A program made the translations under genes and the position numbers. The notes beneath the pieces were generated by a model. It did not search any database. It saw nothing but the letters and a program-made list of their open reading frames with translations, and was not told the origin of the DNA. Source: Escherichia coli (GTDB lineage: Bacteria > Pseudomonadota > Gammaproteobacteria > Enterobacterales > Enterobacteriaceae). From it: a DNA stretch of 64,000 nucleotides. Every line of letters starts with the position of its first letter. Positions within the stretch are counted from its first letter, which is position 1. Below, one piece after another: positions 12,485-23,276 of the stretch. The DNA is taken from NCBI RefSeq assembly GCF_024502345.1, contig NZ_JALDNN010000001.1. One strand, given 5' to 3'.

Positions 12485-15400
12485 TTATTTCCGTACCCGA
12501 TGTCGGTGCAGCCACATCAGCTTATACGCCGCCGGGATAATAAACAGCGACAGCAAAGGCGCGGTGATCATGCCGCCAATCATCGGCGCGGCAATCCGGC
12601 TCATCACTTCTGACCCTGCTCCTGTTCCCCACAGAATCGGCAACAGACCAGCGATAATCACCGCCACCGTCATCGCTTTCGGGCGCACGCGCAGTACCGC
12701 GCCGTGATACAACGCCTCATCCAGCTTCTGCTCACTGAATGTTTGCGGATTATTCAACGACGGCTCGGCCTCTATGGCGTGACGTAAATACATCAGCATC
12801 ACCACGCCAAATTCGGCGGCGACCCCGGCAAGGGCAATAAAACCGGTGCCCGTCGCCACAGAAAGATGAAAGCCCATCCACCACAGCAACCAGATGCCGC
12901 CCACCAGCGCAAACGGTACGCTGCTGATAATCAGCAACGCTTCGCCCACCCGACGGAACGCCAGATACAACAGCACGAAGATGATCATCAGTGTCATCGG
13001 CACCATGAGTTTCAGCTTATGGTTGGCGCGCTCCAGTAGCTCGAACTGCCCGGAGAATGCCACGCTGGTGCCCGGTTTTAACTGCACTTTTTCAGCTATC
13101 GCTTTTTGCAAATCGTGAACCACCGACACCATGTCACGATCGCGGGCATCGATATAAATCCAGCTCGTCAGGCGCGCATTCTCGGTTTTCAGCATCGACG
13201 GTCCGGTAGAGACTTTAACGTCGGCCACGTCTGCCAGGGTGATTTGCTGCTTCATCGGCGTCAGGATCGGCAACTGGCGCAGTGCCTGCGGACTATCACG
13301 CCAGCTTTGCGGATAACGCAGATTAATGGGATAACGGGCAATCCCTTCCACCGTTTCGCCAACCATCGCCCCGCCCACCGCAGAAGTCACAAACAACTGC
13401 ACATCCGCCACCGTCATACCGTAACGCGCGGCTTTTTCACGGTTAATCTCAACGTTGATATAGCGCCCACCTTCCAGACGCTCGGCAAGCGCAGAAGCTA
13501 CGCCTGGCACCGTTCGCGCCACTTCTTCAATTTGCTCCGCCATCGCGTCGATATCCGCCAGCACAGTGCCGGAAACTTTAATGCCGATGGGGCTTTTAAT
13601 GCCGGTCGAGAGCATATCGATACGGTTACGAATTGGCGGCACCCACAGATTCGCCAGCCCCGGCAGACGCACGGTGTTATCCAGTTCCTCAATGATTTTG
13701 TCCATTGTCATGCCTGGCCGCCACTGATCCTGTGGCTTAAGCTGGATGGTCGTTTCCACCATCTCCAGCGGAGCAGAGTCGGTGGCGGTTTCCGCTTTTC
13801 CGGTTTTGCCAAATACCCGCGCCACTTCAGGTACGCTCATAATCAGCTTGTCGGTTTTTTGCAGCATACTCGCCGCCTCCGCTGCGGAAATCCCCGGCAG
13901 CGTCGATGGCATATACAACAAGTCGCCTTCATTGATCTGTGGTAAAAATTCCCCGCCAACTTTATTGAGCGGCCAGAGAACCGTCAGCACCGAAAGCGCC
14001 GCCACCAGCAGCGTGGTTTTCGGCCTGTGCAGTACTTTCAGCAACAGCGGATGATAAACACGAATCAAAAAGCGATTGAGCGGGTTACTACTTTCTGGCG
14101 GAATTTTGCCACGGATCCAGTAACCCATCAGGATAGGGATCACTACGATCGCCAGCAGAGCCGCACCCGCCATCGCATAGGTTTTAGTGAACGCCAGCGG
14201 GCCAAACAGACGCCCTTCCTGCCCTTCCAGGGTGAAGATCGGGATAAACGACAACGTGATAATCAGCAGACTGATAAACAGCGCCGGCCCCACTTCAACA
14301 GACGCATCGGTGATCACCTGCCAGCGCGTTTTATTATCCAGCGTGGCGTCAGGATGCTGGTGCTGCCACTCTTCCAGCCGTTTATGTGCATTCTCGATCA
14401 TGACGATAGCAGCATCGACCATCGCCCCGACGGCAATCGCAATGCCACCCAACGACATAATATTGGCATTCAGTCCCTGGAAGTGCATGACAATAAAAGC
14501 AATACACAACCCCAGCGGCAACGAAATAATCGCCACCAGCGCCGAGCGCACATGCCAGAGAAACAGCGCACAGACTACCGCCACCACAATAAACTCTTCC
14601 AGCAACTTGCCGCTGAGGTTGTCGATGGCCCGGTCAATGAGCTGGCTGCGATCGTATGTTGTAACTATCTCCACGCCTTCCGGCAGACTACTTTTCAGCG
14701 TTTCCAGTTTGTCCTTCACGGCGGCGATCACTTCTCGGGCGTTTTTGCCGGAGCGCAGGATCACCACCCCGCCCGCAACTTCGCCTTCGCCGTTTAGTTC
14801 GGCAATGCCCCGGCGCATCTCCGGGCCAACCTGGACCTTCGCAACATCACGCAGATAAACGGGCACGCCATTTTCACTGGCTTTTAAAACGATGTGATTA
14901 AAGTCGTCGAGCGTTTGCAGATAGCCGCTGGCGCGCACCATATATTCCGCTTCCGCCAGTTCGATCGACGAACCGCCCGCTTCCTGGTTTGAAGCATCCA
15001 GCGCATTTTTCACTTCGCCGAGACTGATGCCATACTGCGCCAGGCGCTGGGGATCGATAACCACCTGATACTCTTTCACCACACCGCCCACCGACGCCAC
15101 TTCCGCAACGTCAGGGATGGTTTTTAGCTCATATTTGAGAAACCAGTCCTGCAATGAGCGTAAATCGGCAAGATCGTGCTTACCGCTGCGATCCACCAGT
15201 GCATATTCATAGATCCAGCCAACACCCGTGGCATCTGGCCCCAGCTCGGCGCTGACTCCTGCAGGCAGCTTACCCTGTACCTGGTTGAGGTACTCCAGCA
15301 CCCGCGAACGCGCCCAGTACGGATCGGTGCCATCTTCGAAAATGACATACACATAAGAGTCGCCAAACTGCGAGAAACCACGCACAGTCTTCGCGCCAGG

Positions 15401-15628
15401 CACCGACAACATGGTGGTGGTTAGCGGATAAGTCACCTGATTTTCAACGATTTGCGGTGCCTGGCCGGGATAGCTGGTTTTAATAATCACCTGCACATCG
15501 GAGAGATCCGGCAGTGCATCCACTGGCGTGTTAATGATGGTCCAGGTGCCCCAGATACTTAGAAACAACGCGCCCATCAGCACCAAAAAACGGTTCGCCA
15601 CCGAGCGACGAATAATCCATTCAATCAT
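12485..15628 (-). CDS. cusA: Cu(I)/Ag(I) efflux RND transporter CusA
   Basis: 1047-aa [32 protein letters not shown]... Confidence 0.95.
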   Translation of the reverse strand: MIEWIIRRSVANRFLVLMGALFLSIWGTWTIINTPVDALPDLSDVQVIIKTSYPGQAPQIVENQVTYPLTTTMLSVPGAKTVRGFSQFGDSYVYVIFEDGTDPYWARSRVLEYLNQVQGKLPAGVSAELGPDATGVGWIYEYALVDRSGKHDLADLRSLQDWFLKYELKTIPDVAEVASVGGVVKEYQVVIDPQRLAQYGISLGEVKNALDASNQEAGGSSIELAEAEYMVRASGYLQTLDDFNHIVLKASENGVPVYLRDVAKVQVGPEMRRGIAELNGEGEVAGGVVILRSGKNAREVIAAVKDKLETLKSSLPEGVEIVTTYDRSQLIDRAIDNLSGKLLEEFIVVAVVCALFLWHVRSALVAIISLPLGLCIAFIVMHFQGLNANIMSLGGIAIAVGAMVDAAIVMIENAHKRLEEWQHQHPDATLDNKTRWQVITDASVEVGPALFISLLIITLSFIPIFTLEGQEGRLFGPLAFTKTYAMAGAALLAIVVIPILMGYWIRGKIPPESSNPLNRFLIRVYHPLLLKVLHRPKTTLLVAALSVLTVLWPLNKVGGEFLPQINEGDLLYMPSTLPGISAAEAASMLQKTDKLIMSVPEVARVFGKTGKAETATDSAPLEMVETTIQLKPQDQWRPGMTMDKIIEELDNTVRLPGLANLWVPPIRNRIDMLSTGIKSPIGIKVSGTVLADIDAMAEQIEEVARTVPGVASALAERLEGGRYINVEINREKAARYGMTVADVQLFVTSAVGGAMVGETVEGIARYPINLRYPQSWRDSPQALRQLPILTPMKQQITLADVADVKVSTGPSMLKTENARLTSWIYIDARDRDMVSVVHDLQKAIAEKVQLKPGTSVAFSGQFELLERANHKLKLMVPMTLMIIFVLLYLAFRRVGEALLIISSVPFALVGGIWLLWWMGFHLSVATGTGFIALAGVAAEFGVVMLMYLRHAIEAEPSLNNPQTFSEQKLDEALYHGAVLRVRPKAMTVAVIIAGLLPILWGTGAGSEVMSRIAAPMIGGMITAPLLSLFIIPAAYKLMWLHRHRVRK

Positions 15629-15639
15629 TGGTTATTCCC

Positions 15640-16863
15640 TCAATGCGCATGGGTAGCACTTTCAGAGCGCATCCGCTCCAGTGCGCCAGAAATATTGGCT
15701 TCGGAATCAATCAGGAACAGGCCGCTGGAAACCACCTTTTCACCTTCCGCCAGACCAGAGCGTAATGCGGTGATACCTTGCGATGCCTGGAAAACGGCAA
15801 CGCGTTTTGGTACAAAGCGCCCGTCGGCATCAACGGTAATCACCCGCTGTTCGCTGCCGGTATCAATCAGCGCTTGTGACGGAATGAGCAGCATCGGTTC
15901 GCTGGCGGTATTGAGTTGCAACCAGGCGTTCATTCCCGGTTTTAGCGCCTCGTCGGCGTTGTCGACTTCCAGACGCAGCTGCAGCGTGCGGGTCGCGGCA
16001 TCCACGCCAGGTAGTAGCGTCCATTTGCGGATGGTGAGTGTTTTATCAGGTCGCGCCGGAACGGTGAGCGTAAACTGCGAGGCATCTTTCACCAGCCAGG
16101 CGATAGACTCCGGGATCGCAGCAGTGACCCACACCGGGTCCATACCCTGAATTTTCGCTACCACGTTATCTTTGGCGATATTCATTCCCGCGCGCAGATC
16201 AAACGCGGTGATCACGCCATCAATGGGTGCTTTGAGCGTAAAGCGAGTCTGGATTTTTTGCGTGGCGATCAGGCGGCGAATATCCGCCTCCGGCATTCCC
16301 GCCAGTCGCAGCCGCTCAAGAATGCCTTCAGTCTGGGTCGCCGTACCGCCGGTTTCGCGCAGCAGTAAATACTCACTCTGCGCTTCCACCCAGTCGGGAA
16401 TGGTCAGGTCGAGAAGCGGTGTGCCCTTTTGCACTTTATCGCCCACGGTAAGCGGATACACCTTGTCGATAAACCCGGCAGCGCGAGCCTGCACAATGGC
16501 ATACTGATACTCGTTGTAACTGACATTCGCCGGGAAACTCTGGGCAAAAGTCAGCGGCCCGCGCGTGACGGTAGCCGTTTTCACCCCCAGATTCTGCGTC
16601 TGAGTCGGGTCAATGCGCACACCAGACGCAGAACTCTCTTCATCGGCATATTTCGGCACCAGATCCATATCCATAAACGGCGATTTACCTGGTTTATCGA
16701 ACCGCGTATTAGGATACATCGGGTCGTACCAGAATAAGATTTTACGTTCTGCGGTCGACGTTTTTTCTGCGGGTGGTTCAGCCTTTGCAAACCAGGTAAA
16801 ACCTGCCGCAGAAATAATACCGCCCGCGATCATGCTGCCGATAATAAGCGCGATTTTTTTCAT
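15640..16863 (-). CDS. cusB: Cu(I)/Ag(I) efflux membrane fusion protein CusB
   Basis: 407-aa ORF immediately upstream of cusA. Confidence 0.95.
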   Translation of the reverse strand: MKKIALIIGSMIAGGIISAAGFTWFAKAEPPAEKTSTAERKILFWYDPMYPNTRFDKPGKSPFMDMDLVPKYADEESSASGVRIDPTQTQNLGVKTATVTRGPLTFAQSFPANVSYNEYQYAIVQARAAGFIDKVYPLTVGDKVQKGTPLLDLTIPDWVEAQSEYLLLRETGGTATQTEGILERLRLAGMPEADIRRLIATQKIQTRFTLKAPIDGVITAFDLRAGMNIAKDNVVAKIQGMDPVWVTAAIPESIAWLVKDASQFTLTVPARPDKTLTIRKWTLLPGVDAATRTLQLRLEVDNADEALKPGMNAWLQLNTASEPMLLIPSQALIDTGSEQRVITVDADGRFVPKRVAVFQASQGITALRSGLAEGEKVVSSGLFLIDSEANISGALERMRSESATHAH

Positions 16864-16878
16864 CTCATTAAACCTGGG

Positions 16879-17211
16879 TTACTGGCTGACTTTAATATCC
16901 TGTAATAAAGAAAGGTTGCCCTGCTGGACAAAATTAAACGCCACTTTGTCGCCAGTTTTAATTTCACTCATTTTCGTCTGCGGAGTGATGGTAAAGCGCA
17001 TGGTCATCTCCGGCCAGTTCACGGCAGCAATCGGATCGTGATGGATGGTGATTTTTTTGCTTTCCAGATCAACACCTTTTACCACGCCGGTGGCACTAAT
17101 GACCTGTGGTTGTGCTTCGCTCATGGTTTCATGATGATGTTCGTTAGCCTGGGCATTAAAGCCAATAACGGTAAACAGACTGAACATTGCGACTTGCAGT
17201 GCTTTTTTCAT
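16879..17211 (-). CDS. cusF: Periplasmic copper/silver chaperone CusF
   Basis: 110-aa ORF with signal peptide, MKKALQVAMFSLFTVIGFNAQA... Confidence 0.95.
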   Translation of the reverse strand: MKKALQVAMFSLFTVIGFNAQANEHHHETMSEAQPQVISATGVVKGVDLESKKITIHHDPIAAVNWPEMTMRFTITPQTKMSEIKTGDKVAFNFVQQGNLSLLQDIKVSQ

Positions 17212-17234
17212 TTATTCTCTCCTGGAGTTAAAAG

Positions 17235-18617
17235 TTATTGCTGCCAACCGCCACCAAGTGCGGTATATAAAGAAATTTCGTTAACCTGACGGGCATAATT
17301 CAGGTTAAGTAAAGTTTGTCGGGTTGCAAATAACGAACGCTCGGCATCCAGCACTTCCAGATAACTTACTGCTCCGTGCTGATATAATGCCCGCGCCCGT
17401 TGCAAAGTAATTTGCAGCGATGCCAGATAACGCTGCTGGGCGCTAATTTGATCGTTCAGGCTTTGACGTAATGCCAGCGCATCTGCCACTTCTTTAAAGG
17501 CGTTCTGGATTTTCTGTTCATAATTCACCACCGACTGCTGCTGGCGAATTTCGGCGATATCCAGATTGACCTGGTTGCGTCCGGCATTAAAAATGGGGAT
17601 CTCAATTTTAGGAATAAAATTCCACATCCCGCTGCTGGCGTTAAATAATGACGACAGATCGCTGCTGGCGGTTGATATTCCGCTGGTCAGGCTTATAGAT
17701 GGGAAAAATGCCGCGCGTGCAGCGCCAATATTGGCATTAGCCGCCATTAACGCGTGTTCAGCTTCCATAATATCCGGGCGCTGCAATAAGATTTGCGACG
17801 ACAAGCCCGCCGGTAATTTAACGCTTTGCAGACTGCCGCCGTTTACTGTCTGCGCTTGCGGCAGCTTGCCGTAGCTTCCCAATAACAGTTGCAATGCATT
17901 ATTCGCCTGCGCCAGTTCCCCCTGACGTTTAGCGATGTCGCTGCGGGTACTTTCAATCACCCCGCGAGCCTGTTCCAGCGCCAGAACATTACTGCTACCT
18001 GTCAACAGTTGTTTTTCGACAAACGCATATGACTGCTGATAATTACGCAGCGTTTCTTCGGCTATTTGCAATTGCGCATACGCCAGCTGCTGATTGAAAT
18101 AGCTTTGCGCGACATTAGAAACCAGCAGAATATGCACCGCGCGCTGAGCTTCCTCAGTGGCTAAATAATTTTGTCGCTCGGCTTCGCTCATGTTCTTTAA
18201 GCGCCCGAAAAAATCGAGGTCAAAGCTGGCGTTAAGGCCAGTAGAAAACTCCCGCGTCGTGGCTGAATCGCCTTTAAGATTGCCGCTCCAGCTGCCGCTG
18301 CCCTCACCATTGAGCTGTGGGTAGCGGTCGGCATCAGTCAGACGATATTGCGCCCGTGCCTCCTGCACTTTCAGCGTCTCCATGCGCAAATCCCGGTTAT
18401 TCTCCAGCGCCTCGCTAATCAGCGTCTTCACCTGATTATCAACAAAAAAGGTGCGCCAGCCCGCGTTCTGATAGTTATCTGCTGCGTTAACGAGGCCGTT
18501 CTGGCTGAGTGAGAACTGCTGAGGAACGGGCATTGCCGGACGCTGATAATCCGGTGCCAGTGAACAACCGGTTAGCGCAAGGGCCACACAAAATGGCAGA
18601 AGTTTACAAGGAGACAT
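17235..18617 (-). CDS. cusC: Cu(I)/Ag(I) efflux outer membrane factor CusC (lipoprotein)
   Basis: MSPCKLLPFCVALALTGCSLAPDYQRP... lipobox LTGC. Confidence 0.95.
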   Translation of the reverse strand: MSPCKLLPFCVALALTGCSLAPDYQRPAMPVPQQFSLSQNGLVNAADNYQNAGWRTFFVDNQVKTLISEALENNRDLRMETLKVQEARAQYRLTDADRYPQLNGEGSGSWSGNLKGDSATTREFSTGLNASFDLDFFGRLKNMSEAERQNYLATEEAQRAVHILLVSNVAQSYFNQQLAYAQLQIAEETLRNYQQSYAFVEKQLLTGSSNVLALEQARGVIESTRSDIAKRQGELAQANNALQLLLGSYGKLPQAQTVNGGSLQSVKLPAGLSSQILLQRPDIMEAEHALMAANANIGAARAAFFPSISLTSGISTASSDLSSLFNASSGMWNFIPKIEIPIFNAGRNQVNLDIAEIRQQQSVVNYEQKIQNAFKEVADALALRQSLNDQISAQQRYLASLQITLQRARALYQHGAVSYLEVLDAERSLFATRQTLLNLNYARQVNEISLYTALGGGWQQ

Positions 18618-18686
18618 AGGCTCATAATTTCTGGTGATTTTATGCCGCCAACTTTACTCGCCAGGCTCTGATTTTCCGGTGACAGG

Positions 18687-18708
18687 AAAATGACAAAATT
18701 GTCATTTT
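18687..18708. promoter_or_regulatory. CusR-binding palindrome in the cusC-cusR divergent promoter
   Basis: Perfect inverted repeat aaaatgacaaaattgtcatttt. Confidence 0.75.
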
Positions 18709-18773
18709 ACCAATAAGCGATTGCCATCTGATCCCGCTACTCTAGAATTGCCCGGGCAACATGCGGAGGAAAT

Positions 18774-19457
18774 ATGAAACTGTTGATTGTCGAAGATGAA
18801 AAGAAAACCGGAGAATACTTGACCAAAGGGTTAACCGAAGCCGGTTTTGTGGTCGATTTGGCCGACAACGGGCTGAATGGCTACCATCTGGCGATGACCG
18901 GTGATTATGATCTGATAATCCTCGATATTATGCTGCCGGACGTGAACGGCTGGGATATCGTGCACATGTTGCGCTCCGCCAATAAAGGGATGCCGATTCT
19001 GTTGCTTACCGCGCTTGGCACCATTGAACATCGCGTCAAGGGGCTGGAGTTGGGGGCAGATGACTACCTGGTGAAACCATTCGCTTTTGCTGAACTACTG
19101 GCGCGGGTGCGCACTCTCCTGCGGCGCGGGGCGGCGGTGATTATCGAAAGTCAGTTTCAGGTTGCCGATCTGATGGTCGATCTCGTCAGCCGCAAAGTCA
19201 CCCGCAGCGGCACGCGCATCACTTTGACCAGTAAAGAGTTTACTCTGCTGGAGTTTTTTCTCCGCCATCAGGGCGAAGTGCTGCCCCGCTCGCTTATCGC
19301 CTCGCAGGTATGGGACATGAATTTTGACAGCGATACCAATGCTATTGATGTGGCGGTGAAGCGGCTGCGCGGCAAAATCGACAACGACTTTGAGCCGAAG
19401 CTGATTCAAACCGTGCGCGGCGTGGGCTACATGCTTGAGGTGCCGGATGGTCAGTAA
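18774..19457 (+). CDS. cusR: Copper-responsive two-component response regulator CusR (OmpR family)
   Basis: 227-aa [23 protein letters not shown]... Confidence 0.95.
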   Translation: MKLLIVEDEKKTGEYLTKGLTEAGFVVDLADNGLNGYHLAMTGDYDLIILDIMLPDVNGWDIVHMLRSANKGMPILLLTALGTIEHRVKGLELGADDYLVKPFAFAELLARVRTLLRRGAAVIIESQFQVADLMVDLVSRKVTRSGTRITLTSKEFTLLEFFLRHQGEVLPRSLIASQVWDMNFDSDTNAIDVAVKRLRGKIDNDFEPKLIQTVRGVGYMLEVPDGQ

Positions 19458-20889
19458 ACCATTTCAGCGTCCGTTTTCGCTGGCAACCCGCCTGACCTTT
19501 TTTATCAGCCTGGCCACCATCGCGGCGTTTTTCGCCTTTGCATGGATCATGATCCACTCAGTAAAAGTGCATTTTGCCGAGCAGGATATTAATGATTTAA
19601 AAGAGATTAGCGCCACCCTTGAACGGGTACTAAATCACCCTGACGAAACGCAAGCCCGACGCTTAATGACGCTGGAAGATATCGTCAGTGGTTATTCCAA
19701 CGTGTTGATTTCCCTGGCAGATAGTCAGGGTAAAACGGTGTATCACTCCCCCGGTGCGCCGGATATCCGCGAGTTTACGCGTGACGCCATACCCGATAAA
19801 GACGCTCAGGGTGGCGAGGTGTATCTCCTTTCCGGCCCGACGATGATGATGCCAGGCCACGGTCACGGGCATAGGGAACACAGCAACTGGCGGATGATTA
19901 ACTTGCCGGTTGGCCCGTTGGTGGACGGCAAACCGATTTATACGCTCTACATCGCGCTTTCGATCGATTTTCATCTTCATTACATAAATGATTTGATGAA
20001 TAAACTTATTATGACCGCATCGGTAATCAGCATCCTGATCGTCTTTATCGTACTGTTGGCGGTACATAAAGGTCACGCGCCGATCCGCAGCGTCAGCCGT
20101 CAAATCCAGAATATTACCTCGAAAGATCTCGACGTTCGCCTCGACCCGCAGACCGTGCCCATTGAGCTGGAACAGCTGGTACTGTCGTTCAACCATATGA
20201 TCGAGCGTATTGAGGATGTCTTTACCCGCCAGTCCAATTTCTCAGCGGATATCGCCCACGAAATTCGCACGCCGATTACCAATCTCATCACGCAAACGGA
20301 AATCGCCCTCAGCCAGTCGCGCAGCCAGAAGGAGCTGGAAGATGTGCTCTACTCTAATCTCGAAGAGCTGACGCGAATGGCGAAAATGGTCAGCGATATG
20401 CTGTTTCTCGCTCAGGCCGATAACAACCAGCTAATCCCCGAAAAGAAAATGCTCAACCTGGCGGATGAAGTCGGCAAAGTGTTCGATTTTTTCGAGGCTT
20501 TAGCGGAAGATCGCGGCGTGGAGTTGCGATTTGTTGGCGACGAATGTCAGGTTGCGGGCGATCCGCTGATGCTGCGTCGGGCGTTAAGCAACCTGCTTTC
20601 TAATGCCCTGCGTTATACGCCACCCGGAGAGGCAATTGTAGTGCGCTGCCAGACGGTCGATCATCAGGTGCAAGTTATCGTCGAAAACCCCGGTACTCCC
20701 ATTGCGCCCGAGCACTTACCGCGATTGTTTGACCGTTTCTACCGCGTTGACCCCTCCCGCCAACGAAAAGGCGAAGGTAGCGGCATTGGGCTGGCGATAG
20801 TGAAATCGATTGTTGTCGCGCATAAAGGCTCGGTTGCGGTAACGTCAGATGCCCGGGGGACAAGGTTTGTTATCACATTACCCGCTTAA
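19447..20889 (+). CDS. cusS: Copper-sensing histidine kinase CusS
   Basis: ORF 19435..20889; start at [12 protein letters not shown] (480 aa), overlaps cusR stop. Confidence 0.93.
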   Translation: MVSKPFQRPFSLATRLTFFISLATIAAFFAFAWIMIHSVKVHFAEQDINDLKEISATLERVLNHPDETQARRLMTLEDIVSGYSNVLISLADSQGKTVYHSPGAPDIREFTRDAIPDKDAQGGEVYLLSGPTMMMPGHGHGHREHSNWRMINLPVGPLVDGKPIYTLYIALSIDFHLHYINDLMNKLIMTASVISILIVFIVLLAVHKGHAPIRSVSRQIQNITSKDLDVRLDPQTVPIELEQLVLSFNHMIERIEDVFTRQSNFSADIAHEIRTPITNLITQTEIALSQSRSQKELEDVLYSNLEELTRMAKMVSDMLFLAQADNNQLIPEKKMLNLADEVGKVFDFFEALAEDRGVELRFVGDECQVAGDPLMLRRALSNLLSNALRYTPPGEAIVVRCQTVDHQVQVIVENPGTPIAPEHLPRLFDRFYRVDPSRQRKGEGSGIGLAIVKSIVVAHKGSVAVTSDARGTRFVITLPA

Positions 20890-21113
20890 TCCTTCAGCAA
20901 ACGGCAACTTTTATAACCAGTGTAAAAATAACGTGCCGCAATAGTCATACCTATTAATGGTAAAAAGCTGTCACAATTCATAAAAAACCTTAATATACGC
21001 CACCCTAAACATAACCAGCGTTAATGTAAGGTTTTTGTGTGGACTGGCTTCTTGATGTTTTTGCTACCTAGCTCTATGGCTTAAAAGTAATCGCGATAAC
21101 GTTAGCGGTCATC

Positions 21114-23276
21114 ATGTTCATCAGCGGGCTGGACGATTTTTTTATTGATGTCGTCTACTGGGTACGCCGCATTAAACGCAAGTTGAGTGTTTATCGCCGC
21201 TACCCGCGAATGAGTTACCGCGAACTGTATAAACCAGATGAAAAACCGTTAGCGATTATGGTTCCGGCGTGGAATGAAACGGGCGTCATCGGCAATATGG
21301 CCGAGCTGGCGGCGACCACGCTCGACTACGAAAACTATCATATCTTTGTTGGCACCTACCCCAACGACCCCGATACTCAGCGTGATGTTGACGAAGTGTG
21401 CGCTCGCTTTCCGAACGTGCATAAGGTAGTCTGCGCGCGTCCTGGCCCCACCAGCAAAGCCGACTGTCTGAACAACGTGCTGGACGCCATCACCCAGTTT
21501 GAGCGTAGCGCCAATTTCGCTTTTGCTGGTTTTATTCTGCATGACGCCGAAGATGTGATTTCACCGATGGAATTGCGTCTGTTCAACTATCTGGTCGAGC
21601 GTAAAGATCTGATTCAGATCCCGGTGTATCCGTTCGAACGCGAATGGACGCACTTCACCAGCATGACTTACATTGATGAGTTTTCAGAACTGCATGGCAA
21701 AGATGTTCCGGTGCGTGAAGCCCTCGCCGGACAAGTGCCCAGCGCAGGCGTCGGCACCTGTTTCAGCCGCCGCGCCGTGACCGCACTGTTAGCTGACGGT
21801 GACGGTATTGCTTTCGACGTGCAGAGTCTTACTGAAGATTACGACATTGGCTTCCGCCTGAAAGAAAAAGGTATGACGGAAATTTTTGTCCGTTTTCCGG
21901 TGGTGGACGAAGCCAAAGAACGCGAGCAGCGTAAATTTTTACAGCACGCACGGACATCAAACATGATCTGCGTGCGCGAATATTTCCCCGATACCTTTTC
22001 GACTGCGGTTCGACAAAAATCCCGCTGGATCATCGGCATTGTTTTCCAGGGCTTTAAAACCCATAAATGGACCTCCAGCCTGACGCTGAACTACTTTCTC
22101 TGGCGCGACCGCAAAGGGGCAATCAGTAACTTTGTCAGCTTCCTCGCGATGCTGGTGATGATCCAGCTTTTGCTGTTGCTGGCGTATGAAAGTTTGTGGC
22201 CCGATGCCTGGCATTTCCTTTCTATTTTCAGCGGCAGCGCATGGTTAATGACCCTGCTGTGGCTAAACTTTGGTTTGATGGTTAACCGCATCGTGCAGCG
22301 GGTGATTTTCGTTACTGGCTACTACGGCCTGACGCAGGGGCTGCTTTCCGTCCTGCGTCTTTTCTGGGGCAACCTGATTAACTTCATGGCCAACTGGCGC
22401 GCGCTAAAACAGGTACTCCAACACGGCGATCCACGTCGCGTCGCGTGGGATAAAACAACGCATGACTTCCCCAGCGTGACTGGCGATACCCGCTCGTTGC
22501 GCCCGTTAGGCCAAATTCTGCTGGAAAATCAGGTCATCACTGAAGAACAACTCGATACAGCACTGCGTAATCGCGTCGAAGGTCTACGCCTGGGCGGTTC
22601 AATGCTGATGCAGGGGCTGATTAGCGCCGAGCAGCTGGCACAGGCGCTGGCAGAGCAAAACGGCGTGGCGTGGGAATCCATCGATGCCTGGCAGATCCCT
22701 TCCTCGCTGATTGCCGAAATGCCGGCCTCCGTGGCGCTGCATTATGCGGTACTGCCGCTGCGTCTGGAAAATGATGAGTTAATTGTCGGCAGTGAAGATG
22801 GTATTGACCCAGTTTCGCTGGCGGCCCTGACGCGTAAAGTCGGACGCAAAGTGCGTTACGTCATTGTTCTGCGGGGACAAATTGTCACGGGGTTACGTCA
22901 CTGGTATGCACGCCGACGCGGTCACGATCCGCGGGCAATGTTGTACAATGCGGTTCAGCATCAGTGGCTCACGGAACAGCAGACCGGTGAAATCTGGCGG
23001 CAATATGTGCCGCATCAGTTCCTGTTCGCCGAAATACTGACCACGCTCGGTCATATTAATCGTTCAGCAATTAACGTGTTGTTATTGCGCCATGAACGCA
23101 GTTCTCTGCCGCTCGGCAAGTTTTTGGTCACCGAAGGTGTTATCAGCCAGGAAACGTTGGATCGCGTCCTGACAATTCAACGCGAATTACAAGTTTCGAT
23201 GCAATCACTATTACTCAAAGCAGGTTTAAACACAGAACAGGTTGCGCAACTGGAGTCCGAAAATGAAGGAGAATAA
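21114..23276 (+). CDS. nfrB: Phage N4 adsorption protein B (inner-membrane glycosyltransferase family 2); N-terminal extension interrupted by in-frame TAG
   Basis: 720-aa ORF MFISGLDDFFIDVVYWVRR...; in-frame upstream GTG(21039) DWLLDVFAT-TAG(21069)-LYGLKVIAITLAVI precedes the ATG. Confidence 0.85.
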   Translation: MFISGLDDFFIDVVYWVRRIKRKLSVYRRYPRMSYRELYKPDEKPLAIMVPAWNETGVIGNMAELAATTLDYENYHIFVGTYPNDPDTQRDVDEVCARFPNVHKVVCARPGPTSKADCLNNVLDAITQFERSANFAFAGFILHDAEDVISPMELRLFNYLVERKDLIQIPVYPFEREWTHFTSMTYIDEFSELHGKDVPVREALAGQVPSAGVGTCFSRRAVTALLADGDGIAFDVQSLTEDYDIGFRLKEKGMTEIFVRFPVVDEAKEREQRKFLQHARTSNMICVREYFPDTFSTAVRQKSRWIIGIVFQGFKTHKWTSSLTLNYFLWRDRKGAISNFVSFLAMLVMIQLLLLLAYESLWPDAWHFLSIFSGSAWLMTLLWLNFGLMVNRIVQRVIFVTGYYGLTQGLLSVLRLFWGNLINFMANWRALKQVLQHGDPRRVAWDKTTHDFPSVTGDTRSLRPLGQILLENQVITEEQLDTALRNRVEGLRLGGSMLMQGLISAEQLAQALAEQNGVAWESIDAWQIPSSLIAEMPASVALHYAVLPLRLENDELIVGSEDGIDPVSLAALTRKVGRKVRYVIVLRGQIVTGLRHWYARRRGHDPRAMLYNAVQHQWLTEQQTGEIWRQYVPHQFLFAEILTTLGHINRSAINVLLLRHERSSLPLGKFLVTEGVISQETLDRVLTIQRELQVSMQSLLLKAGLNTEQVAQLESENEGE

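Noticed and set aside
13106-14858. Long plus-strand ORFs (279, 256 and 223 aa) inside the cusA region
   Set aside because: They lie antisense within the well-supported 1047-aa cusA gene, are Arg/His/Gln-rich with no recognisable motifs and lack ribosome-binding sites; typical shadow ORFs.
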